DNA of 64,000 bases from Dehalococcoidia bacterium (GTDB taxonomy: Bacteria; Chloroflexota; Dehalococcoidia; Lucifugimonadales; Lucifugimonadaceae), in the NCBI GenBank assembly GCA_022824185.1, contig JAJEAU010000023.1, positions 16,761 to 80,760 on the forward strand. The letters are read 5' to 3'. The notes under the pieces were generated by a model. The model ran no database searches, was not told the origin of the DNA, and saw only the letters and a program-made list of their open reading frames with translations. Both the position numbers and the translations under genes were made by a program. This document shows, piece by piece, positions 54,768 through 62,872 of this stretch. Position 1 is the first letter of the stretch. Each line of letters opens with the position of its first letter.

Positions 54768-56609
54768 TCAAGGATCGACCTCGGGGAGTTGGACCCCGAC
54801 GATGGTGCCGTCTTGGGTGCCGACGAATATCATGTTGCCTTCGACGGCGGGCGAGGATTTGCAGAGTTGGCAAGGCCTGAGACCTTCCCATAGGTCCAGT
54901 TTGTATTCAGTCCTGCCGCGTTCGATGTCGATCATGTACAAGACGCCGAAGGTATCAATCACGAATACCCATGGGCCTGAGATGACGGGACCGCCGATGA
55001 CTCGCGCATCGATCGATCGGCCGTCGATGCCCTCGGATCGATCGGTGAACTCGCGCCAGAGGAGTTCGGGGAACTCGTAGAGGTCGTCGTCTCGCTTCTT
55101 GTCTGCCTCTTCACGATCCGGGTTTAAGGCATATATGGCACCCGAGAGGTCGGTGGCTATCACGACGTCCTCCGTGGCGGCGAGTTTACCTCTGACAGGC
55201 CTGCTCGCTTCGTACACCCAATGGATCCGCTTCCTGTAGTACTGGATAATCTCCGTGGCGTCGTTGGCGAAGTAGATGTCGTCTCCAGCACGCACGACGG
55301 ACGAGCGGAGCGGCTTGGGATCCTCGTCGTCATTGCCAAAAGCGTGTGGCATTTTGTCGCCACGGTGTCCGGCATTCCTGTCAGCGTGGCCAGTGCTGAT
55401 CGTGATCGCGTAGAGTGTCCCATCGAGGTTGCCGACGTAGTAGTTGCCATCGTAGACCATGCCCGGTTGCTCGAACCGATCGAGTTTCCTTGAAGGCGGA
55501 TTCGGATACAGCCACTTGATTTGGCCTTCGGTGTCGCTTTCCGGATCAGCGTCTAACGCGTAGATCCGACCACCGGTCGCCGGTGCAAACAGAATGTTGT
55601 CATGGAAGGACGGCTGCACATCGAAGCTGCTCGCATCTTCGTGGTTGAAGTCCCACCGTTTGCTGCCATCTTCGGTGTCGAGGGCGAAGACGCCGTCGCT
55701 GGCGGTCCCGAAGAAAACGATCGAGCCGTCATCATTTAGCACCGCGCCACTAGTAACGTCGGACCCCACGTTGCGAGACCACCGAACCTCGCCCGTCGCG
55801 GCGTAGATGGCGTAGAAGTGGTTGTCCTTCGAGCCGACATACACAATGCCTTCGTGGACGGTGATGTCGGGAACAATCGCCTTGATCGGTCCTGTGCCAG
55901 TCGATTCGGTTTGGAAGACCCATTGAACCGTCAGATCAGTTACTGGCGCCGGCGTCGGAGTCTCAGTCGGGAATGGAGTAGACGTTGGGAGCGGGGTAGC
56001 CGTAGGGAACGGAGTCTCAGTTGGCTCCGGAGTCTCAGTTGGTTCGGGTATAGGAGTGGGAGTCGGGACCGGCGTTGGAGTTTCGGTGGGCTCCGGAGTA
56101 GGAGTCTCAGTTGGCTCGGGTGTCGGTGTCGGTTCTGGTGTAGGCGTGTTGGTAGGTAGAGGTGTCGGCGTGTCAGTCGGAACCGGCGTATCGGTTGGGA
56201 CTGGTGAAAAAGTCGCGGTCGGTTCAGGCGTAGGCGACGGCGTGTCGGTCGGGACGGGTGTCGCTGTCGGCTCAGGCGTAGGCGTCGGTTCCGGGGTGAA
56301 TGTAGGAGTTGCCGACGGAACCGGCGTGTCGGTCGGAGTTGGTGTCGGTGTCACAGTCGCGGTGAAGGTGGCGGTGACTGTGAACGTCGGCGTGAAGGTG
56401 GGTTTCGGACGTTGCGGTTCGACGTCTTTAGTCAACGAATCCTCAGTCGGAGCAAGACGGATTTCGGGATCACCGGAATCGGTGCCCGGCGTCGTCTCGG
56501 TGTCAGATTCGCAAGCAACGAGGACGGCAAAAATGCCGCTGAGTGCGATCGCGGTGAGAATTGGCGCGACGCGACGAAACATTGACATGTAGTTTTGCAC
56601 GACGTGCAT
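54768..56609 (-). CDS. Lipoprotein with long Thr/Pro linker and PQQ-like (BamB-like) beta-propeller repeats
   Basis: Signal with lipobox (…IFAVLVAC), a ~155-aa TP-rich linker, then repeated ...G.V.W.......S.....DG.I... propeller blades. The start may be one of the ATGs at 56588/56582 rather than 56609. Confidence 0.75.
   Translation of the reverse strand: MHVVQNYMSMFRRVAPILTAIALSGIFAVLVACESDTETTPGTDSGDPEIRLAPTEDSLTKDVEPQRPKPTFTPTFTVTATFTATVTPTPTPTDTPVPSATPTFTPEPTPTPEPTATPVPTDTPSPTPEPTATFSPVPTDTPVPTDTPTPLPTNTPTPEPTPTPEPTETPTPEPTETPTPVPTPTPIPEPTETPEPTETPFPTATPLPTSTPFPTETPTPAPVTDLTVQWVFQTESTGTGPIKAIVPDITVHEGIVYVGSKDNHFYAIYAATGEVRWSRNVGSDVTSGAVLNDDGSIVFFGTASDGVFALDTEDGSKRWDFNHEDASSFDVQPSFHDNILFAPATGGRIYALDADPESDTEGQIKWLYPNPPSRKLDRFEQPGMVYDGNYYVGNLDGTLYAITISTGHADRNAGHRGDKMPHAFGNDDEDPKPLRSSVVRAGDDIYFANDATEIIQYYRKRIHWVYEASRPVRGKLAATEDVVIATDLSGAIYALNPDREEADKKRDDDLYEFPELLWREFTDRSEGIDGRSIDARVIGGPVISGPWVFVIDTFGVLYMIDIERGRTEYKLDLWEGLRPCQLCKSSPAVEGNMIFVGTQDGTIVGVQLPEVDP
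55941..56408 (-). repeat. Low-complexity coding repeat (PTPEPTETPTPEPT...; Thr/Pro linker)
   Basis: Degenerate tandem units such as GGAGTCTCAGTTGG recur on the plus strand, translating to (T/E)P(T/E)P repeats on the minus strand. Confidence 0.85.
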
Positions 56610-56731
56610 CCTTAAAGGTTAACGATTTCCCATACGTCGTTTCCATCGTTTACGGATGCTTTGGGGGAGCATGGCGGCAATTCTCCTGCCCTCCCGACCG
56701 ATCCTTAGGTGCCCACGACGGGGGGAGGGGG

Positions 56732-56771
56732 ACAAAATAAGAACGGCGCCTGGTTTCTCAGGCGCCGTTCT
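56732..56771 (-). terminator. Rho-independent terminator of the 1127-aa surface-protein gene (hairpin usable on both strands)
   Basis: Perfect 13-bp stem AGAACGGCGCCTG-GTTTCT-CAGGCGCCGTTCT (56740-56771). It is followed on the minus strand by TATTTTGT and on the plus strand by CTTTTCGTCTC. Confidence 0.8.
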
Positions 56772-56837
56772 CTTTTCGTCTCTCCTATTCGGTAGAGATC
56801 GGTGAGGGCCACTGGCGTTGACCCTCACGCTTGATGT

Positions 56838-59800
56838 TTAGCGGCTGACGTTGCGGTTGCGTCGTCGACCTAGGGTGGCCAGTGCTCCGAGGCTCACGAC
56901 TGCGATACCAAGGATCAGGGCGAACAGCGCTCCGTTACTCGACGGTGCGGTTGCGCCAGTCTCGGGCAACAGATCTTCCGGCGGAACTTCCGTCGGGAGC
57001 GGTGCCGGTGCGCCTTGGCTACCTACCGCGACCGTGGCCGGGATGCCGCTGACGTTGCCGCAGACCTGCGTGCCATTGTCGCCTAGGCGGACGTTGGCTG
57101 CGTAGACCGTAAGCGTTCCGTCGCTGTTGAGGCCAACCAACGCAAGGTCGGAGATCCTCGTGCGCAACGCGTCAGGCAACGGGACACAAACCCTTGCAGG
57201 GTCTTCGAGCTCGGTGCTGCTGACCGTAGCGCCCGATCCGTCGACGACGTGGATGCCGTAGGAGTCGCCACCCAGCGTGTATCGCTGGTGCGACATGCCA
57301 ACGTTGGAGGCTTCGCCTTCTGCCGACATGCGGATACCAATGAACTCACCGTTCGGTACTGCACCTGACGGGACGTGGATCGAGTAACCCTCGCCTGCGT
57401 CGAACGTGCCGCCCTCGACCGGAGTGATGACCTCGTACTGGTTGCCATCGGAGTCGGTCAGGATCGCAGGAATGTCACCAGGCGGGTCGACCGGAGGTAC
57501 TTCCTCGGCTACCGGAGCCGCCGGGCGTCGGACCTGGACGACGATGGTTGCCGAGCAGGCAGTGTCACGGTCGCCCTCGTCCTCAGGCTGGCATTGTCCG
57601 CCACCGAGTTCCGCCGTAACGTTGTAGGTTCCCGGTGAAGACGGCGCGATGTATTCGATCTCGCGGGTCGAGCCCAAATCGCTGTCGTCTTCGCCGTTCA
57701 CAGACCACTCGAAGTTTGCACCAAGCGAGTTGTCTTTGGCGTCTTGCAGACCGTAGACATCGACTGCGAGTTGCACCACGTCTCCTCCAGAAACGGTCAC
57801 GCTTCGGATGGCAGGCTCGATGCGAGAGACCTCGCCCGGTGAGCCGGCAATCGTCGAGGTGGCGTTGCTGGTGCGGTGCTCGTAGTAGCGTTCATCGTCG
57901 GTAAACGAGTAGCGTACCGAGATCGCTTTTGCGACGTCGTCGGGTTGCAGTTCGTAATCAACGTTCGTGGCGCCAGGGATGGGTTCGCCATCGCGTAGCC
58001 ACTGGTAGCTGAACGTGCCGAGGCCGTCCGCATCCGCCACGTCCGCGGGAGCGGACATCAGGGTCGCGCCGACTTGAGCGACACCGGAGATGGTCGGCGT
58101 ACCGGTTGCTTCCTCGTTGAAGGACGGGCGTCCGCCGTCGTTCAGCGTGGCCTTCGCGTTGTCTTCTCCGAAGAGGAGAGCGATACCGACACGCATCACG
58201 CGTTCCTGCGCGGCTGGAGTGAGGATGCCGGGTCCATCTGGAGCCCTGCGCATGCCCATGGCATCCAACGAGCCGGGGAAGTGTCCGCAGTAGATGCTGG
58301 TTTCCGCGTCCATCGCCTCATTCACATCAGTCGTTACCGCGTTATCCTCGATCGCGCCGTTGAGGTAGTTGTTGTCCTCACCAACGGCGATTCGCATCAC
58401 GCGGCAGTCTGTGGTTTCCCACCAGTCTGCAACGGTGGCTGGACCGTTGTCAGACCTGTATGGCCAGTCGAAGTCTTCATCGTCGAAATCTGCGTCGCCC
58501 GGTACAGGATCGGGCCGAGTGGTGATGCCCAAAGCAGATGAGTCGACGAGTGTGCCGTCTGGACGGACCCACGCCATGATTTGCGTCGGCGGGTCGAAGA
58601 TCTCGTTCGCGAGCGCGTCGACTATACCTTTGGCGGAGTAGTAGAACGTGTCATCGGCTGTTTCGGCAGTGCCTTTGTTATCAGTCGACGCGTCCAGCAC
58701 GTCAAAGCCGTTCCGCTCCAGCATGTCGGTGATACGTTCGGGCAAGTGCGTGTCGAGGTCGGTCGTAGCCGCGTCGACTTCGATACCGCCGGTCAAACCG
58801 TCGTACATCTTCTGGAAGACGGCTTTATCGGCGTCGGTGACGGTTGTGCCTTGAGTATCTGCAGATTCAGGGTCGTTGTCGTGGTCCCCTGTGTATTCCG
58901 TCCTCATTGGCGGGTTACCGTATACGACGTAGACCATCTGGTCGGCGCTGAGGGTGTTCCACCATGCGGCTACGTTTGGAGCCGGGTTCTCGACGCCTAG
59001 GATGGCTTGACCAACTTCGAGAACGCGGGCTTGACGCGTCTGCCCGGCGTCAGTCGTTGGATCGGCTTGCAGGCCGTCCCACATCGCGCAGTAGTTTGTG
59101 CCGGCGTTGGGGCCGTTGTCTTGACCGACTGCGGTGTTCATCATGGCGCAACCTGTGCTGTTCCACCATTGGATCACCCAAGCTTTGTCCTCGTCGTCGG
59201 TGTTGCCGCGACCTCCGTCGTTGTAGATCCACTGCCAGCGGTCGTTGACGAGAGTCTTCTCGTGATCGGCCAAGTCGTCGTACATCGCTTGGGCGCGTTC
59301 GTGACGTTCGTCTATTGATTCGTCGACCTCCGTCGTAGCAACGATATCTGGATCGACGTTAGTGGAAGCGGTGGAACCATAAAGTGCCCTGACCATCTGA
59401 GTGGCGTCAAGTTTGTTCCACCACGCCTCGGCGCGGGCGTTGTCAGCGCTGCTCGGGGAGCCAGGGGCATCGAGGCCGAGAATCGCTTGTCCGGCTTTGA
59501 CGGCCAACGCCTTGGTGTCGGCATCAAGATCGCCGTACGCTTTGCGTGTTGCATCGTCAGTGGTTCCACCCACATCTGCGGTTTCTGCGAACTCACAAAC
59601 TGCGCTAGATTCCAGAACGTTGTCGTTGGTGTTGTCGCCATCGTGGTCGAAATTGTCGCTTGGGGTATCGTCGTCTTCACCAACTGCTATCCGAGCTTCC
59701 GTGCAGTCCAAGTACCCCCACCAGAGTTCGACGCTTTGGAAACCGCGCAACCCCGTGATTCTGTTGGCAGTGTCGAGGTGTTCCCCAACTGCGTAAATGT

Positions 59801-60221
59801 CGCTGTTAGCGACCGCACCGTCAACGAGATTGTTGACGTCGTCCTTGCCAATTACGCCTCCAGTAGGCGGAGTCCCGCTAGCGGCGGTTCCGTTAGCAAC
59901 CAAAGCAGGGTATCCCCCTGCGGCTTCTGGCGGAAGCTGCCTTCCTTCAGACTCGCCGACTGGATCGTCGTCGTTGGCATTAGTGTCGTGGTCGTAATCG
60001 TTCCCCAGCAGTGCGTTTGTCCTCTGCTCTGGTGTCAGAGCGGACCACCAAGCCTCAGCCCGTTCGGCGATAGCGTCGGGATTCTCATCAGCCAACTGCG
60101 CGTCCGCATTGTCGCTGGGTACCGAAATGGCGGTTAAGACGACGGCGAAGACTGCCGACAGCGTCAGCATCACGCCCACCGCGTACCTGATCCTAATCAG
60201 TGATGTAGGGGATTTCATCAC
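56838..60221 (-). CDS. Large LPETG-anchored surface protein (1127 aa) with three WW/Cys-pair modules, Ig-like repeats and a shared C-terminal domain
   Basis: N-terminal signal/TM segment and an acidic repeated region (aa ~50-690). A TISG...YQWLRDGEPIPGAT...SVRYSFTDD Ig-like repeat and a second Ig-like domain. Then the domain shared with 49090-49869, followed by LPETG (56955-56969), a hydrophobic helix and RRRNR. Confidence 0.85.
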   Translation of the reverse strand: MMKSPTSLIRIRYAVGVMLTLSAVFAVVLTAISVPSDNADAQLADENPDAIAERAEAWWSALTPEQRTNALLGNDYDHDTNANDDDPVGESEGRQLPPEAAGGYPALVANGTAASGTPPTGGVIGKDDVNNLVDGAVANSDIYAVGEHLDTANRITGLRGFQSVELWWGYLDCTEARIAVGEDDDTPSDNFDHDGDNTNDNVLESSAVCEFAETADVGGTTDDATRKAYGDLDADTKALAVKAGQAILGLDAPGSPSSADNARAEAWWNKLDATQMVRALYGSTASTNVDPDIVATTEVDESIDERHERAQAMYDDLADHEKTLVNDRWQWIYNDGGRGNTDDEDKAWVIQWWNSTGCAMMNTAVGQDNGPNAGTNYCAMWDGLQADPTTDAGQTRQARVLEVGQAILGVENPAPNVAAWWNTLSADQMVYVVYGNPPMRTEYTGDHDNDPESADTQGTTVTDADKAVFQKMYDGLTGGIEVDAATTDLDTHLPERITDMLERNGFDVLDASTDNKGTAETADDTFYYSAKGIVDALANEIFDPPTQIMAWVRPDGTLVDSSALGITTRPDPVPGDADFDDEDFDWPYRSDNGPATVADWWETTDCRVMRIAVGEDNNYLNGAIEDNAVTTDVNEAMDAETSIYCGHFPGSLDAMGMRRAPDGPGILTPAAQERVMRVGIALLFGEDNAKATLNDGGRPSFNEEATGTPTISGVAQVGATLMSAPADVADADGLGTFSYQWLRDGEPIPGATNVDYELQPDDVAKAISVRYSFTDDERYYEHRTSNATSTIAGSPGEVSRIEPAIRSVTVSGGDVVQLAVDVYGLQDAKDNSLGANFEWSVNGEDDSDLGSTREIEYIAPSSPGTYNVTAELGGGQCQPEDEGDRDTACSATIVVQVRRPAAPVAEEVPPVDPPGDIPAILTDSDGNQYEVITPVEGGTFDAGEGYSIHVPSGAVPNGEFIGIRMSAEGEASNVGMSHQRYTLGGDSYGIHVVDGSGATVSSTELEDPARVCVPLPDALRTRISDLALVGLNSDGTLTVYAANVRLGDNGTQVCGNVSGIPATVAVGSQGAPAPLPTEVPPEDLLPETGATAPSSNGALFALILGIAVVSLGALATLGRRRNRNVSR

Positions 60222-60711
60222 GTCTCTGTTCCTTTACAAGCTTGACTTGTCGCCAGTCTTAATCCTTAGCGGTTTTAGGTGCGCGCCAAAACAAGCAGCG
60301 ACGTGCCAGTTCCGACTCACGCACAACATCTTATCAGTGTATACCAATGCGCGCAATAACTTTGGGAGTAGCTTTCGCGCGAATTGGGGAGTATCGCGTC
60401 GGTGCCGGAGATGGTGCCAGAGACTGTGACAGCGATGGGTCCGGCGACTCCTTATATTTATAAGGGGACGAGTACCGCAACGGCGGAATCGCGGGGTTTG
60501 GGAAGCGAAACCAGGGAGAGGATTGGAGCGAGTCCATCCTGCCGCGATGCGCCTATTCGCGCCTTTTTTCATTGGGAAATAGGCCGGGCTGTCTTGGAGT
60601 TGTCGAGCCGGAAAGCCAGCGAAAGAGAGGGATGCTTCAAGAGTTCCCGACGATTGGGACCCTGCGGCACATGAGAGCCGACACGACTCCACGGAACGAG
60701 AAAGGGAAGAG

Positions 60712-60788
60712 TGGCGACCCCGAGCAGATTCGAACTGCCGATCTCCTCCTTGACAGGGAGGCGTGTTAGGCCACTACACCACGGGGCC
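60712..60788 (-). tRNA. tRNA-Asp (anticodon GTC), CCA encoded
   Basis: A 77-nt cloverleaf read by hand. Acceptor GGCCCCG/CGGGGTC, D stem GTGT/ACAC, anticodon stem CCTCC/GGAGG with loop CTGTCAA, T arm GGCAG-TTCGAAT-CTGCT, then G-CCA. Confidence 0.9.
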
Positions 60789-60964
60789 GAATAATCGGAA
60801 GGCACACACAAGCAAAATCGCTCTGATGCCTAACTCCTAAGATTAACTCACAGGCAGGATTTAATCAACGCTGACGGGCTGTCCGCGTGCCCGATTCGGT
60901 CTGCCTGTGACATTGCCTAGACACGGTCCGTTCGTTGTCGTATTGTGTCGTGCTGGAACTGGCG

Positions 60965-61141
60965 TTACTGCCAGAAACGCATCGCAGCGACGACTACACC
61001 CGTCGCGACGGCGATGAGTCCGCCAAGGCGAACGAAAAGGCGCATCTCCAAATCTTTGAGATCCGCTTTTGTGGCAAGGTGTTTGAGTTCTGTGTCGAAC
61101 CGCGTCTCCAACACAGTCATCCGTTCGTCAACACTTGCCAT
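60965..61141 (-). CDS. Small coiled-coil plus C-terminal TM protein (58 aa; DUF1640/XhlA-like architecture)
   Basis: The ATG at 61141 is preceded by AAGGAG at an 8-nt spacing. The sequence MASVDERMTVLETRFDTELKHLATKADLKDLEMRLFVRLGGLIAVATGVVVAAMRFWQ follows. The longer 135-aa ORF-track version is rejected. Confidence 0.5.
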   Translation of the reverse strand: MASVDERMTVLETRFDTELKHLATKADLKDLEMRLFVRLGGLIAVATGVVVAAMRFWQ

Positions 61142-61434
61142 TTTCAAGTCTCCTTGCCGAAATTGAACTGAAACCGTTGCGCACAGCGGTTTTCCTCGCA
61201 GTGGCATCTCTTGACAACACATGATACCGCATATGGTCGAAATGGCTTTGGGCGCGTCTGAAAGACCTATCGTCACACGAGTCGCGAAATACGGGTTGCT
61301 CCGAGCCCGTGACGGTCTTTGCGCGACCGACGCCAACGCCGCTAGCGCGATGGTCTTTCGGGCGGGATTCAAGATTGTTCGCCGTTCAGCGAACTATCGA
61401 GACAGATGAATTTACGATGACACGAGGATCGGCG

Positions 61435-61653
61435 ATGCAACGCACATACACAGTGTTAATTGAGAAGGGGCCGACGAGTTACGGGGCCTACATCCCGGAC
61501 ATCCCCGGATGTTTCGCCGCGGCCGACACAGAAGAGGAAGTCAAGCAACTAATCGTCGAAGCGGGCATGACCCATTTGCAGATGTTGATTGAAGCAGGGG
61601 AACCTGTTCCCGAACCTCTGCTAGCCTCCCGCGAAGAGTTTCAGGTTGCGTGA
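61435..61653 (+). CDS. HicB-family antitoxin-like protein (UPF0150), no intact HicA partner
   Basis: YTVLIEKGPTSYGAYIPDIPGCFAAADTEEEVKQLIVEAGMTHLQMLIEAGEPVPEP is the HicB N-domain pattern. GAGGA lies 8 nt upstream of ATG 61435. Confidence 0.75.
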   Translation: MQRTYTVLIEKGPTSYGAYIPDIPGCFAAADTEEEVKQLIVEAGMTHLQMLIEAGEPVPEPLLASREEFQVA

Positions 61654-61667
61654 GGCGCGCAACATCG

Positions 61668-62816
61668 TCAGTATCTGTTGAACAATTCACCCCAAGGCGT
61701 CTTCAACGCCGCATTCACCCGCTTCCGCCCGATGAACCTCAACCAGAATTCGTTGTGATAAAGGTTTGATGCCACAAAAGCCCAAGGGGTGATGGGAGAG
61801 CGTAAAAGCATACCCTCCAGTGGTTTGAGCGGCCCCCAGTAGATCAGCTTCTGACCGCGCGACGCGAAGGTGTTCTCGTTCGGCGAGAAATCCCACTTCA
61901 CGTTGGCCACATCGTCGCCCTTGATGGTGATCTCGGAGGGGTTGCCGACGCCTAGGCCCATCTCGTGGGCGATGCGTATCTTGGGGATCGTCATGGGATC
62001 GAACCCCATCAACCGCGCAGCCACCGCGTCGATGGCGACTTGATCCGCCGATGCCAGGATGACGTTCTTGGTGTGGATACGCATGGCGCGGGGCCCCGGC
62101 CCATCGCCCGCGAAAGTTCCGTCCATCACGGCGAAGAGTCCGCTGTGTATCTCTCGTTGGATCTGCAAAAGATCGACGAGCGTCTCGTGGATCTGAGCAT
62201 GAGTCCAGTGGCGATAGCGATGGAGCAACCCGCCAAAAGCGTTCTTCATCGCCCCCGTCATCTGAGTGAACACGTGGGTTTTCACGGTAGGTAGCTGAAC
62301 GATGTTGGTCCCGAGAAGCATCTCCGGGATATAAATCCCATCTTTATAGATGTCGTTAAGGACGAGCATCTCGGCTTCTGGCTTGTACCGGACCCACTCC
62401 ATCTCGGGCGTGTCGAGGATGACATGCGGTATATCGAGACGATCTTCAATCGCGGCGTGCTTATTCTTGATCCTGCCCTCAACCGGATCGACGACGACGG
62501 TGCCGTTGTGAGCGGCAGTGAGATCATCGAAGCCGTCGGTTCGGAGCTTCTTCGCAACACCCTCGATCTGCCAAGGAGCGGTTGAGCACGCCGGATAGTA
62601 GTGCTGCCACGAGATGTTCACCTTCAACAGCGTCGGAACATCCGGCGTCAAGGATTCCTGATACCCGGCAAGATCCATCAAGTCGGCGTAATCGCTGACA
62701 ACGGTCTCCGGCTTGGTATAGAGCACCGCCACCGTGCCGAGTTGGGGTTCGACGTGAGGGATGTCGGGCGCGGTCACGAGCCGTTCCCGCGTTGTCGTGC
62801 TGATCGGTGCTCTCAT
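61668..62816 (-). CDS. DUF362-domain protein
   Basis: …LLKVNISW…, …VQLPTVKTHVFTQMTGAMKNAFGGL…, …VMDGTFAGDGPGPRAM… match the DUF362 family as I recall it. Confidence 0.7.
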   Translation of the reverse strand: MRAPISTTTRERLVTAPDIPHVEPQLGTVAVLYTKPETVVSDYADLMDLAGYQESLTPDVPTLLKVNISWQHYYPACSTAPWQIEGVAKKLRTDGFDDLTAAHNGTVVVDPVEGRIKNKHAAIEDRLDIPHVILDTPEMEWVRYKPEAEMLVLNDIYKDGIYIPEMLLGTNIVQLPTVKTHVFTQMTGAMKNAFGGLLHRYRHWTHAQIHETLVDLLQIQREIHSGLFAVMDGTFAGDGPGPRAMRIHTKNVILASADQVAIDAVAARLMGFDPMTIPKIRIAHEMGLGVGNPSEITIKGDDVANVKWDFSPNENTFASRGQKLIYWGPLKPLEGMLLRSPITPWAFVASNLYHNEFWLRFIGRKRVNAALKTPWGELFNRY

Positions 62817-62872
62817 GGTGTGTGGCTGACCCTCTCCCTAACCCTCTCCTCGAGGGAGAAGGGACTGAGATT

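Noticed and set aside
55941-56408. Tandem DNA repeats that might have been a CRISPR or VNTR locus
   Set aside because: The units are short (12-18 nt), degenerate, contiguous without unique spacers, and in frame within a long ORF. This is a coding low-complexity linker, not a CRISPR array.
56056-56592. 178-aa plus-strand ORF made of GVGVSVGSG repeats
   Set aside because: It is the antisense translation of the Thr/Pro linker repeat of the PQQ-propeller lipoprotein. The minus-strand frame continues into a recognisable signal peptide and propeller.
60560-60700. SRP (4.5S)-like RNA because of GAGCCGGAAAGCCAGCGAAAG
   Set aside because: It only superficially resembles the conserved domain IV sequence (GGUCCGGAAGGAAGCAGCC). 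The symmetric and asymmetric loop nucleotides and the long closing helix are absent on either strand.
61221-61409. 62-aa ORF upstream of hicB as an intact HicA toxin
   Set aside because: Only the last ~20 residues faintly resemble a HicA N-terminus, and the ORF stops where the conserved GSH...beta-sheet core should begin. At best it is a remnant (mentioned in a finding), so it is not annotated as a gene.
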